A stretch of 48,595 nucleotides of DNA from NCBI GenBank assembly GCA_046565595.1, contig JBKHYG010000025.1:1-48595 (forward strand), given 5' to 3'. How positions within the stretch are numbered: the stretch's first letter is position 1; the number at the start of each line of letters is the position of its first letter. The notes beneath the pieces were generated by a model, which had not been told where the DNA came from, searched no databases, and worked only from the letters and a program-made list of their open reading frames with translations. Shown in pieces: positions 1 through 8,546 of this stretch. The translations under genes were made by a program, and so were the position numbers. This DNA is from Actinomycetota bacterium. GTDB lineage: Bacteria; Actinomycetota; AC-67.

Positions 1-1586
1 TCGAGGTAACCGGAGCCTTCGACCGCGTCACCGAGAAGGCGCTGGGAGCGAGGAAGGCGAGCGACGAAGCCGGTACTGGCGCACAGCGCCGACAGTTGGC
101 TCGAGTCGCGCTGCCCTCGATGAGCGCTAGTGCGTTCCTCGCGAACACGCCCCTGGTCGGGATGCTCGCCCCAAGGATCGTCGCGTGGTGTCGCCGCACG
201 GGTCGAAGCCCCAGCCGCTACCTGATGCCGCTGTCGTATGCGGTCATCTTCGGTGGCTGCATAACCCTGATCGGGACCAGCACCAACCTCGTCGTCAGTG
301 ACCTGCTGACCGATGCGGGCATGCCCGCCCTCGATGTCTTCGAGATCACACCGATCGGGCTGCCGGTCGCCCTCATCGGTGTCGGACTGATAATCATGCT
401 GGCTCCCCGCTTGCTGCCTCGCCGCGAATCCCCGGTCGAAGATCTGGGAGAGAACCTGCGCGAGTTCACGGTCGAGATGCTCGTTCCCGCCGATAGCCCG
501 CTCGCAGGCAAGACCGTCGAGGATGCGGGTCTGAGGAACCTCGAAGGCGTCTACCTGATCGAGATCGAGCGGAGCGGACGGGTGGTCGCCCCGGTCGCGC
601 CTTTCCTGGTCCTGCAAGAGGGCGACCGGCTGGTGTTCGCTGGCAATGTCGGACGGGTCCTCGACCTCGAACGGATCCAGGGTCTGGTCAGCGCCCAAGA
701 ACGACACTTCTCATCGGTGCAAGGTGATCGCCAGTTCCATGAGGCCGTCGTGGCGGAAGGCTCCCCACTGGTCGGCCAGACGGTGAAAGCCTCCGGCTTC
801 CGGGGTCGTTACGGCGCAGCGGTGGTTGCGATCCATCGGGCGGGATCTCGCGTGCCAGGCAAGTTGGGAGATGTCAGGCTCCTGCAAGGCGATGTCCTGC
901 TGGTCCTGGCCGGGGCGGACTTCGCGGTCCGGTGGCGAGACTCTCAAGACTTCCTGTTGGTCGCCACGCTCGGAGAGAACCGGCCGCTTCGCCGAGAGAA
1001 GGCACGCATAGTCCAGCTGCTCGCGGTGGGACTGGTCGTGACGGCCGGCACCGGACTCCTGGACCTGCTGCAGGTGTCGTTGCTGGTCGCGATCGCCCTG
1101 ATCGCGACTCGATGCTTGACCACGACGGAGGCCCGGAACGCCATCGACCTCGAGGTCATATTGCTGATGGCTTCTTCGTTCGGCCTCGGGATAGCTCTTC
1201 AAGAGACCGGTCTCGCCGACCAGGTCGCCGCGATAATCGTGGCGGTGTCTGACACCTTCGGCGACATCGGGATCCTGGCTGGCATATTGATCGCGACGAT
1301 GCTCATGACCGAGCTGCTGTCCAACAACGCTGCCGCGGTGTTGATGTTCCCCATCGCTATGGCCACCGCCGAGAGGACCGGCATGGCGCCCCGTCCCCTC
1401 GCGGTCATCATCCTGTTCGGTGCGACGCTCTCCTTCCTGACGCCGATCGGGTATCAGACCAACACGATGATCTGGGGTATGGGCGGCTATCGGTATCGGG
1501 ACTTCAGTCGCCTAGGCGCGCCCTTGACCCTGGCGACGCTGATAGCGCTGGTGACGATCACTCCCCTTTACCTAGCGCTCCGATGA
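1..1586 (+). CDS. SLC13/DASS-family permease with two TrkA-C (RCK_C) domains, 5' truncated
   Basis: Frame is open from base 3 (EVTGAFDRVTEK...), so the true start lies upstream of the window. Motifs SAFLANTP, GGCITLIGTSTNL, TELLSNNAAA and TPIGYQTN, plus two internal RCK_C-like repeats (SPLAGKTVEDAGLR, SPLVGQTVKASGFR). Confidence 0.85.
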   Translation, partial: EVTGAFDRVTEKALGARKASDEAGTGAQRRQLARVALPSMSASAFLANTPLVGMLAPRIVAWCRRTGRSPSRYLMPLSYAVIFGGCITLIGTSTNLVVSDLLTDAGMPALDVFEITPIGLPVALIGVGLIIMLAPRLLPRRESPVEDLGENLREFTVEMLVPADSPLAGKTVEDAGLRNLEGVYLIEIERSGRVVAPVAPFLVLQEGDRLVFAGNVGRVLDLERIQGLVSAQERHFSSVQGDRQFHEAVVAEGSPLVGQTVKASGFRGRYGAAVVAIHRAGSRVPGKLGDVRLLQGDVLLVLAGADFAVRWRDSQDFLLVATLGENRPLRREKARIVQLLAVGLVVTAGTGLLDLLQVSLLVAIALIATRCLTTTEARNAIDLEVILLMASSFGLGIALQETGLADQVAAIIVAVSDTFGDIGILAGILIATMLMTELLSNNAAAVLMFPIAMATAERTGMAPRPLAVIILFGATLSFLTPIGYQTNTMIWGMGGYRYRDFSRLGAPLTLATLIALVTITPLYLALR

Positions 1587-1618
1587 TGACCGGTACATAG
1601 CGCTCCGATGATGACCGG
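1573..1618. repeat. 21-bp perfect direct repeat (tagcgctccgatgatgaccgg x2, 4-bp spacer) spanning the permease stop codon
   Basis: Copies at 1573-1593 and 1598-1618, separated by taca. Confidence 0.9.
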
Positions 1619-1659
1619 CCTCTGCGGCACCGTGTGAACGCACCGGCGGAAGCGTCCGG

Positions 1660-3669
1660 CTAGGACACCTCGCGCAGTTCCTTGCGTAGGTCGTTTATCT
1701 CGTCGCGGAGACGCGCGGCTACCTCGAAGCGCAGCTCGCGGGCCGCGGTTCGCATCTCCTCTTCGAGGGCCTGGATCAGGCGGGGAAGCTCTTCTCGGGG
1801 CAAGCCGGTCAGATCTCGGGAGATCCTCTTGGCTCTCTTGCCATCCTTGGCGTTGCCTGCGCGCTCTGACCCGAGCCCCGCCCCCTGCAGGATGTCGCCG
1901 ACCTTCTTACGGATCGTCTGCGGATCGATGCCGTGCTCGAGGTTGTAGGAGATCTGCTTCTGTCGGCGACGCTCGGTCTCGTCGATCGCGCGCTTCATCG
2001 AGTCGGTTATCTGGTCCGCATACATGATGACGCGACCGCTCACATTCCTGGCAGCGCGACCTATCGTCTGGATCAGGCTCCGGTCGCTACGGAGGAAACC
2101 CTCTTTGTCGGCATCCAAGATGCAGACCAGCGACACCTCGGGCAGGTCCAACCCTTCCCGCAACAGGTTGATGCCGACCAGGCAGTCGTACTCGCCTAGA
2201 CGCAGGTCTCGGAGCAGTTCGATCCGTTGGATCGTGTCGGTCTCGGCGTGCATGTAGCGGACACGGAGTCCGGCGTCACCCAGATACCCGGTGAGATCCT
2301 CTGCCATCTTCTTGGTCAAGGTGGTCACCAAGACGCGTTCCTCGCGTTCGCTGGCTGCCCTGACCTCCTCCATCAGATCGTCGACCTGTCCCTTGGTCGG
2401 CCGGATCTGAACCTCTGGATCGACCAGCCCGGTCGGACGCACGACCTGTTCGGCGGTGTTGGTCGCCTTCTGCAACTCGTAAGACCCGGGGGTCGCAGAC
2501 AGGAAGATGACATCTCCGAGTTTGTGCAGGATCTCGTCGAACTTGAGAGGCCGGTTGTCCAAGGCGCTCGGCAGGCGGAAGCCATGCTCGACCAGGGTCT
2601 CCTTGCGGGTCCTGTCCCCCTCGTACATGCCGCCCAGCTGCGGGACCGTCACATGGCTCTCATCGATGATCGTGATGAAGTCGTTGGGGAAGTAGTCGAT
2701 CAGCGTGTAGGGGGCTTCGCCGGGTTCACGACCATCCAGGTAGCGGGAGTAGTTCTCGATACCGTTACAGAACCCCATCTCGCGCATCATCTCGAGATCG
2801 AAGGTCGTACGCATCCGCAGCCGCTGAGCCTCTAACAACTTGCCGCGCTCTTCGAACCATCGCACGCGCTCCTCCATCTCCTGCGAGATGCCAGCCATCG
2901 CCTTCTCGAGCCGTTCTCGGCTAGCCACATAGTGACTGGCAGCGAAGATGGTCAGGTCTTCGTGCGAACCGAGCACCTCTCCCGAGAGCGGCTCGATGAC
3001 CTGGATCCGTTCGACCGTGTCACCGAAGTACTCGATACGAACGATGGTGTCTTCATAGGCGGGGTGGATCTCGAGGGTGTCACCCCGGACCCGGAAGGTC
3101 CCGCGAGGCAGGGCATAGTCGTTCCGGTCGTACTGCAGGTCGACCAGGCGCCGTTTCACATGTTCGAGAGAGAGGTCCACGCCTGCGATGAACCGCAGCA
3201 TGTGGCCCTCGTACTGCTCTGGCGAACCCAGGCCGTAGATACACGAGACGCTGGCAACGACGACCACATCGCGTCGCTGCAACAAGGCTGCCGTCGCTCG
3301 ATGACGGAGCTTGTCGACATCATCGTTGACCGAGGAGTCCTTCTCGATGTAGGTATCCGACGAGGGCACATAGGCCTCGGGCTGGTAGTAGTCGTAGTAG
3401 GAGACGAAGTACTCGACGGCGTTGCTCGGGAAGAACTCCCGGAACTCGTTGGCCAGCTGCGCCGCCAGGGACTTGTTCGGGCTGACGATCAAGGCGGGGC
3501 GCTGCAGGGCCTCGATGGTCCAAGCCATGGTGGCGGTCTTGCCCGATCCGGTGACCCCGAGAAGGGTCTGGAACCTGTGACCATCCTTCACGCCTCTGAC
3601 GAGCGCGTCGATGGCTGCCGGCTGGTCGCCGCTCGGCTGGAACTCGCTGACGACCTGGAAGCCCGACAT
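1660..3669 (-). CDS. uvrB: Excinuclease ABC subunit B
   Basis: PSGDQP, Walker A GVTGSGKT, beta-hairpin [41 protein letters not shown] and C-terminal UVR domain ([11 protein letters not shown]). TATCCT lies 6 nt before the ATG, so probably leaderless. Confidence 0.98.
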   Translation of the reverse strand: MSGFQVVSEFQPSGDQPAAIDALVRGVKDGHRFQTLLGVTGSGKTATMAWTIEALQRPALIVSPNKSLAAQLANEFREFFPSNAVEYFVSYYDYYQPEAYVPSSDTYIEKDSSVNDDVDKLRHRATAALLQRRDVVVVASVSCIYGLGSPEQYEGHMLRFIAGVDLSLEHVKRRLVDLQYDRNDYALPRGTFRVRGDTLEIHPAYEDTIVRIEYFGDTVERIQVIEPLSGEVLGSHEDLTIFAASHYVASRERLEKAMAGISQEMEERVRWFEERGKLLEAQRLRMRTTFDLEMMREMGFCNGIENYSRYLDGREPGEAPYTLIDYFPNDFITIIDESHVTVPQLGGMYEGDRTRKETLVEHGFRLPSALDNRPLKFDEILHKLGDVIFLSATPGSYELQKATNTAEQVVRPTGLVDPEVQIRPTKGQVDDLMEEVRAASEREERVLVTTLTKKMAEDLTGYLGDAGLRVRYMHAETDTIQRIELLRDLRLGEYDCLVGINLLREGLDLPEVSLVCILDADKEGFLRSDRSLIQTIGRAARNVSGRVIMYADQITDSMKRAIDETERRRQKQISYNLEHGIDPQTIRKKVGDILQGAGLGSERAGNAKDGKRAKRISRDLTGLPREELPRLIQALEEEMRTAARELRFEVAARLRDEINDLRKELREVS

Positions 3670-3842
3670 GGGACGAGGATAACCGCACGCTGGGATCGCC
3701 CACCCGACACCTCGCGCTTCCGGCCGTTCCGCTTTGTCCGAATCTAAGGGCTCGAAACGGCAGGCACCGGCATGTCTCCCCCCGAACCTTCTCTAGCGTC
3801 GACCACACCGTCGACTTCTGGATACTCGAAGAGGGAGCAATC

Positions 3843-4223
3843 ATGCGCAAGATCATCCTGGGTGCTATCGCGGCTGCGATGGCCCTGTCCATGGGATCCG
3901 CCACCGCGGACCCCGGCAACGGCTGTGCGACCGGCCCCGGCGCCCCGGAGGTGGGAGGCACCTGCACCTACACCGCTAGTGGTGCCGCCAGCGCTCTGAT
4001 CCTGACGCCGAACAGCGTCAAGATCGAGGCGATGCGCACGGTCGACGGCGTCGAGACGACCGTCGTGCTGTTCGAGACCGACTCGGCCAACCCGGCTGCT
4101 CAGGGCGTCCGGTCCCTGGCCACGCAGGCTGGCGACAAGGTCACGGTCACGCAAGGCCCTGACTGCGTCGAAGAGCCCGTCTGCGGTCACATCGGCATCG
4201 TCGTCGTCGGCGAGACCGAGTAA
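3843..4223 (+). CDS. Small secreted hypothetical protein (signal peptide, 4 Cys)
   Basis: SD GAGGGAG upstream; N-terminus MRKIILGAIAAAMALSMGSATA looks like a Sec signal; GC-ending codon bias; followed by a strong hairpin. Confidence 0.8.
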   Translation: MRKIILGAIAAAMALSMGSATADPGNGCATGPGAPEVGGTCTYTASGAASALILTPNSVKIEAMRTVDGVETTVVLFETDSANPAAQGVRSLATQAGDKVTVTQGPDCVEEPVCGHIGIVVVGETE

Positions 4224-4244
4224 CCGTACAAGTACGAGCATCTT

Positions 4245-4272
4245 GAGAGCCCCCGCTTCGGCGGGGGCTCTC
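4245..4272. terminator. Perfect 12-bp hairpin with UUCG loop between convergent genes
   Basis: gagagcccccgc-ttcg-gcgggggctctc, lying between the 3843-4223 gene and coaE. Confidence 0.8.
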
Positions 4273-4294
4273 CTAGTTCTGGCACGCTCGCCGG

Positions 4295-4909
4295 TCAGTT
4301 CCCGGGGCCCGAAGGAGTCGCGCCGATGAGCCGCCTCCAGAGGGCGTCGACCTGTTCCTCGAGTTCGTCGAGCGAACCGTCATTGCGGATGACGACATCG
4401 GCGACCGCGGTCCGCTGTTCCTCTGTCGCCTGCGACGCGATGCGGGCCTCGATCGCGGACGGCTCCATCCCTCGATCCTCGACGAGCCGCCGGATCCTGG
4501 ATGCGGGGTCTGCCTCTACCGTCACGACCAGTTCCATCCCGCTGCGTCCGGTCGATTCGGCCAGCAACGGGATGTCCAGGATGACGATCGATCCCGGCGG
4601 CGCTTGCGAGATCCGATACGCCATCTCGTCTCGTACGGCTGGGTGCACTATCGCGTTCAGATCGGCAAGGGCCGCCGATCCGGCGAAGACCACTCCCGCA
4701 AGAGCATCGCGGTCGAGTTCTCCGTCGTCTCCGAGGATGGATGAGCCGAAGCGGCCAACGATCGCTGCGAACACGGGCGTGCCGGACCTCTGAAGTTCCC
4801 TGGCTATCGCGTCGGCATCGATTACGACCGCGCCCCGCTCGGCCAGCATGCGCGCCACGGTGCTCTTGCCGGCACCTATCCCACCTGTCAGACCGATGAG
4901 GCGGGGCAG
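4295..4909 (-). CDS. coaE: Dephospho-CoA kinase (probable CTG start at 4909)
   Basis: P-loop IGLTGGIGAGKST lies upstream of the ORF-track start (4858); also IDADAIAREL, LNAIVHPAV, DIPLLAE, ADVVIRNDGS. No ATG/GTG/TTG occurs between the rpsA stop and the P-loop; CTG at 4907-4909 has AAGGA 7 nt upstream. Confidence 0.92.
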   Translation of the reverse strand: MPRLIGLTGGIGAGKSTVARMLAERGAVVIDADAIARELQRSGTPVFAAIVGRFGSSILGDDGELDRDALAGVVFAGSAALADLNAIVHPAVRDEMAYRISQAPPGSIVILDIPLLAESTGRSGMELVVTVEADPASRIRRLVEDRGMEPSAIEARIASQATEEQRTAVADVVIRNDGSLDELEEQVDALWRRLIGATPSGPGN

Positions 4910-4912
4910 TCG

Positions 4913-6547
4913 TCAGTCCTTATTGAACTTGGACTTCAGGTCCTCGATGATCGCCGAGATGTCTTTGCCCTCTTCCTTGGAGGACTCTCCCTCGGTCGTG
5001 TCGCCTTCCTCCGAGCCGTCTGCTGGCGTCGTATCGGGCTTGAGAGCGGCGGCCAACGCATCGGACATGGCCGTGCCGCTAGAAGGCTTAGATGCGACAG
5101 GTTCAGCCTCGGATCCCGGCTCGCTCGTCTGCGATGTCGTATCGGCCGGAGCCTCTGCTCCCTCGGGGACCGGCATGTCGGTTCCGGGCTCGAGGGTCTG
5201 CCGGATCGAGAGCGAGACACGGCGACGCTCGGGATCGATCTCTATGACCTTGACCTGAACCTTCTGCCCCGGCGCGACGACCTGGTCGGCCGATTCGACA
5301 TGGCGCTCGGAGAGCTCAGAGATATGTACCAGGCCCTCGACGCCATCGGATACCCGCACGAAGGCCCCGAAGGGAACCAGCTTGGTGACCTCGCCGTCCA
5401 GGACCTCTTCGACATCGTGCTCACGCGCGAACTGCGTCCAAGGGTCTTCCTGCGTCTTCTTGAGCGAGAGGCTGATGCGCTCGCGGCTCATGTCCACCTC
5501 GAGTACCTCGACCTTGACCGGGTCGCCGACCTTGACCACCTCGCTCGGGTGTTCCACATGCTTCCAACTGAGCTCGGAGACATGGATCAACCCGTCGACG
5601 CCGCCCAGATCAACGAACGCGCCGAAGTTCACTATCGAAGAGACCTGCCCTTCCTTCACATCGCCCTTCTGCAAGGCTTCCAGGAACTCGCGACGGTTCT
5701 CGCTCTGGGACTCTTCGAGCCACTTGCGGCGCGACAGCACGACATTGTTGCGGTTGCGGTCCAGCTCGATGATCTTGCACTCGAGTTCCTTGCCGATGAA
5801 CGGCGAGAGGTCCCGGACCCGGCGCAGATCCACAAGCGAAGCAGGGAGGAAGCCGCGCAGGCCGATGTCGAGGATGAGGCCACCCTTGACGACCTCGATG
5901 ACGGTACCCGTCACGACGCCTTCCTCGTTCATGATGCGCTCGATGTCGCCCCACGCGCGCTCGTATCGCGCGCGCTTGACCGACAGGATCAGTCGACCTT
6001 CCTTGTCTTCCTTCTGGGTGACGAGAGCTTCGATCTCGTCGCCGACCTGGACGACCTCGCGCGGGTCCACATCCTGTTTGATGGTCAACTCGCGCGCAGG
6101 GATGACGCCTTCGGTCTTGTAGCCGATGTCGAGCAGGACCTCGTCCTTGTCGACCCGGACCACGGTGCCTTGAACGAGATCGCCATCGTCGAACTCTTTG
6201 ATGGTCGCATCGATCGCTGCCTCGAGCTCCTCGCGTGACCCGAAGTCGTTCGTCGTGATAGGACCGCCCTGCGACCCGGTCTCGGGCGCGGCGGTAGGCG
6301 CAGCAGGGCTCGCGGCGGCGGGCGTCTCGGTCTTCGGGGCCTCAGGAGCCCCGGTCGTTACCGCGTCCTCAGGCTTGGTCGCCTCAGGAGCCTCGGCTGT
6401 CGTTTCGGCATCCTCGGGCTTGGTCGCCTGGGGAGCCTCGGGGGCCTCCTGGGTCGCCGTCGGGGTCTCGGTCTCGGCGGTCGTGGGCTCGCCGTTGGGC
6501 GTCGCGTCCTGGTCGGTCGAGGTCTGGTCGGTCGTCTGATCGGTCAC
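4913..6547 (-). CDS. rpsA: 30S ribosomal protein S1 with acidic low-complexity N- and C-terminal extensions
   Basis: Four S1 repeats (LLDIGYKTEGVIP, GGLILDIGLRGFLP, FGAFVDLGGVDGLIHVSEL, FGAFVRVSDGVEGLVHISEL). Likely start is GTG at 6547 with GGAAGG upstream. Confidence 0.96.
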   Translation of the reverse strand: MTDQTTDQTSTDQDATPNGEPTTAETETPTATQEAPEAPQATKPEDAETTAEAPEATKPEDAVTTGAPEAPKTETPAAASPAAPTAAPETGSQGGPITTNDFGSREELEAAIDATIKEFDDGDLVQGTVVRVDKDEVLLDIGYKTEGVIPARELTIKQDVDPREVVQVGDEIEALVTQKEDKEGRLILSVKRARYERAWGDIERIMNEEGVVTGTVIEVVKGGLILDIGLRGFLPASLVDLRRVRDLSPFIGKELECKIIELDRNRNNVVLSRRKWLEESQSENRREFLEALQKGDVKEGQVSSIVNFGAFVDLGGVDGLIHVSELSWKHVEHPSEVVKVGDPVKVEVLEVDMSRERISLSLKKTQEDPWTQFAREHDVEEVLDGEVTKLVPFGAFVRVSDGVEGLVHISELSERHVESADQVVAPGQKVQVKVIEIDPERRRVSLSIRQTLEPGTDMPVPEGAEAPADTTSQTSEPGSEAEPVASKPSSGTAMSDALAAALKPDTTPADGSEEGDTTEGESSKEEGKDISAIIEDLKSKFNKD

Positions 6548-6663
6548 TTGTTTGTTGCCTTCCGGTCCCGGAACACGCCTACCGTGCCCCGCTTGCAGCC
6601 AGGCGTCCAACAGCACCCTCGTAACGAGTGGTGGGGTTGGCCACCTGGCCGGGCCGGAGTCTA
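6548..6663 (-). promoter_or_regulatory. rpsA promoter (-10 TAGACT at 6658-6663) and structured 5' leader
   Basis: Long hairpin at 6597-6650 begins at the expected transcription start; second hairpin 6570-6590; alternative hairpin 6560-6573 overlaps the SD. G-U pairs favour the minus strand. Confidence 0.55.
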
Positions 6664-6695
6664 CCTTCTAGCAAGCATCCGTGATCGACCGATCT

Positions 6696-8531
6696 TCAGC
6701 CGAGGCTGGCGTCCCTCAAGACCTCGAGGATCTCGTCGCCGACCAGTTCGTCCCGCTCCAGCAGAGCATCCCTAAGGGCATCCAACAGGTGAGGTTCGCC
6801 TTCCAGGATCTCCTTGGCTCGCGCCTTGGCGCGATCCAGTATCTCTTCGACGGCGGCGCGTGCCTTGCCGTCAGCAAGCACCCTTCCGACGAGGCCGGGG
6901 TCGAATGGCCCCTGTTCCGGAGCCCGGAACGAGATCAGCGATCCCCCGAGGCCGAGTGAGCCGACCATCTCTGCGGCTATCTGGGTGGCATGCGCAAGGT
7001 CACCTGCCGGGCCGGTGCTGGTCTCCCCACAGTAGGTCTCTTCGGCGACGATGCCGCCCATGGCGGTGACCAACAGCCCTTCCAGCTCGCTGGTGGTCTT
7101 GGTGAAGCGCTCCTCGGTCTCGGAATGCCCGAGCAGGCCCAACGCATCCTTGCGTTTGATGATGGACAGGACCTCCATCTTGCGTCCGATGCCCGCCCGG
7201 TACGCGCACACTGCGTGACCGGCCTCGTGGGTGGCCACCCGGTGTCGCTCCTTGGGGGTGTAAGCCTGCGGGTTCGGAAGCCCGAGTTCGATGGACAGCT
7301 TGGCCGAGGAGAGGTCCTCGAACCTCATCTCGGTCCGTCCCTCCCGGAGGGCATGCATCAGCGCCTCGTCGAAGAGCCGCTCGATCATGACCGGGGTGTA
7401 CCCGAAGGTCAGCGCCGAGATCTCGTCGACACGCTCTGGGTCCTGCAGCGAAGGGTCGTGTGCCTTCTTGGACAAGAAGAGTTCGACCAGTTCGCAGCGC
7501 CCTGATCGACTGGGCAGATCGAAGTGGAGGCGACGGTCGAAACGCCCGGGGCGAAGGAGCGCAGGATCGAGGGCGTCTCCCCGGTTGGTGGCCGCGATGA
7601 CCAAGACATTCGCGTACTCGGGCGGTCGCTTCTTCAACCGCTTGGCCGGCGGAAGGAACGCGTTGAGCGAGTCCTTGCAACGGTTCACGAACCGGTCCCC
7701 CGCCGATGGCTCGTCGAAGGATTGCATCTGGATGAGCAACTCGTTGACCGTCCCCCCGGTGCCTTCGCTGATCGAGGCGTTGCGGGTGATCCCGCCGGGG
7801 GTCGGCGTCATGGACGCGAGCGCGGATGCGCCGTCCATGCTCCCCCGCTTGGTCGCGAAGGCGTCGATCTCTTCGATGAAAGCGATGCAACCGCCCTCTT
7901 TGCGGGCGGTCTTCTTGACGGTCTTGAAGAATCTCCGGATCTTGCGGGCGGTCATGCCGTACCACATCGACTGGAAGGCAGGGCCGCTCACGAACAGGAA
8001 CGGGACGCCGGCATGGTGCGCCATCGCCTTGGCGAGGTGGGTCTTGCCCGTCCCGGGTGCCCCCTCGAACAGCAGTCCGCGTCGCGGCGAGCCACCCATC
8101 GTGTCTCGGAACATCTTGTGTGCCAGGAACAGGTTCAGGGTTCGGATGACCTCAGACTTGACCGGGTCGATGCCTCGCACATCGTCGAAGGTCACATCGA
8201 TCTGCTCGGGCGTGAAGGCGATGTGCGGCGAGCCGCCGGCGCCGATCATCGGGCCGAGCATGACGCCGATCAGCAGGACGGAGATGAAGATGATCGGGAG
8301 GTAGGGGGCGAACTCCACGGGGACCGATGGAAGCGCGAACGGGTTGAAAGGATCACCGATCGCGATGCGATACCAGAGGAACCCCGCGATCGGTCCTAGG
8401 ACCGCGAACAGTTTCCAGAGGCGCCGCTGGCGGGTGCGTTCCCTGGTGATCGCGGCATCGTTGACGCCGGCGGTCACCGCGTCGTCTCGACCCAGCAAGG
8501 TCATGATCTGCATCGGTGTCCGGTCAGTCAC
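6696..8531 (-). CDS. FtsH-like membrane AAA+ zinc metalloprotease (divergent paralogue)
   Basis: Two N-terminal hydrophobic segments, VTFDDVRG, Walker A GAPGTGKT, Walker B variant FIEEID, SRH ATNRGDALDPALLRPGRFDR, M41 motif HEAGH with GGIVAEE and GPAGDL. SD AGGAG before GTG. Confidence 0.88.
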   Translation of the reverse strand: MTDRTPMQIMTLLGRDDAVTAGVNDAAITRERTRQRRLWKLFAVLGPIAGFLWYRIAIGDPFNPFALPSVPVEFAPYLPIIFISVLLIGVMLGPMIGAGGSPHIAFTPEQIDVTFDDVRGIDPVKSEVIRTLNLFLAHKMFRDTMGGSPRRGLLFEGAPGTGKTHLAKAMAHHAGVPFLFVSGPAFQSMWYGMTARKIRRFFKTVKKTARKEGGCIAFIEEIDAFATKRGSMDGASALASMTPTPGGITRNASISEGTGGTVNELLIQMQSFDEPSAGDRFVNRCKDSLNAFLPPAKRLKKRPPEYANVLVIAATNRGDALDPALLRPGRFDRRLHFDLPSRSGRCELVELFLSKKAHDPSLQDPERVDEISALTFGYTPVMIERLFDEALMHALREGRTEMRFEDLSSAKLSIELGLPNPQAYTPKERHRVATHEAGHAVCAYRAGIGRKMEVLSIIKRKDALGLLGHSETEERFTKTTSELEGLLVTAMGGIVAEETYCGETSTGPAGDLAHATQIAAEMVGSLGLGGSLISFRAPEQGPFDPGLVGRVLADGKARAAVEEILDRAKARAKEILEGEPHLLDALRDALLERDELVGDEILEVLRDASLG

Positions 8532-8546
8532 TGTCGCTCCTGATGA

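Noticed and set aside
3670-3715. DNA-damage promoter motif upstream of uvrB (TGTCGGGTG on the minus strand)
   Set aside because: It resembles the RecA-NDp/PafBC element but lies about 12 nt too far from the -10; no LexA-type GAAC-N4-GTTC box is seen.
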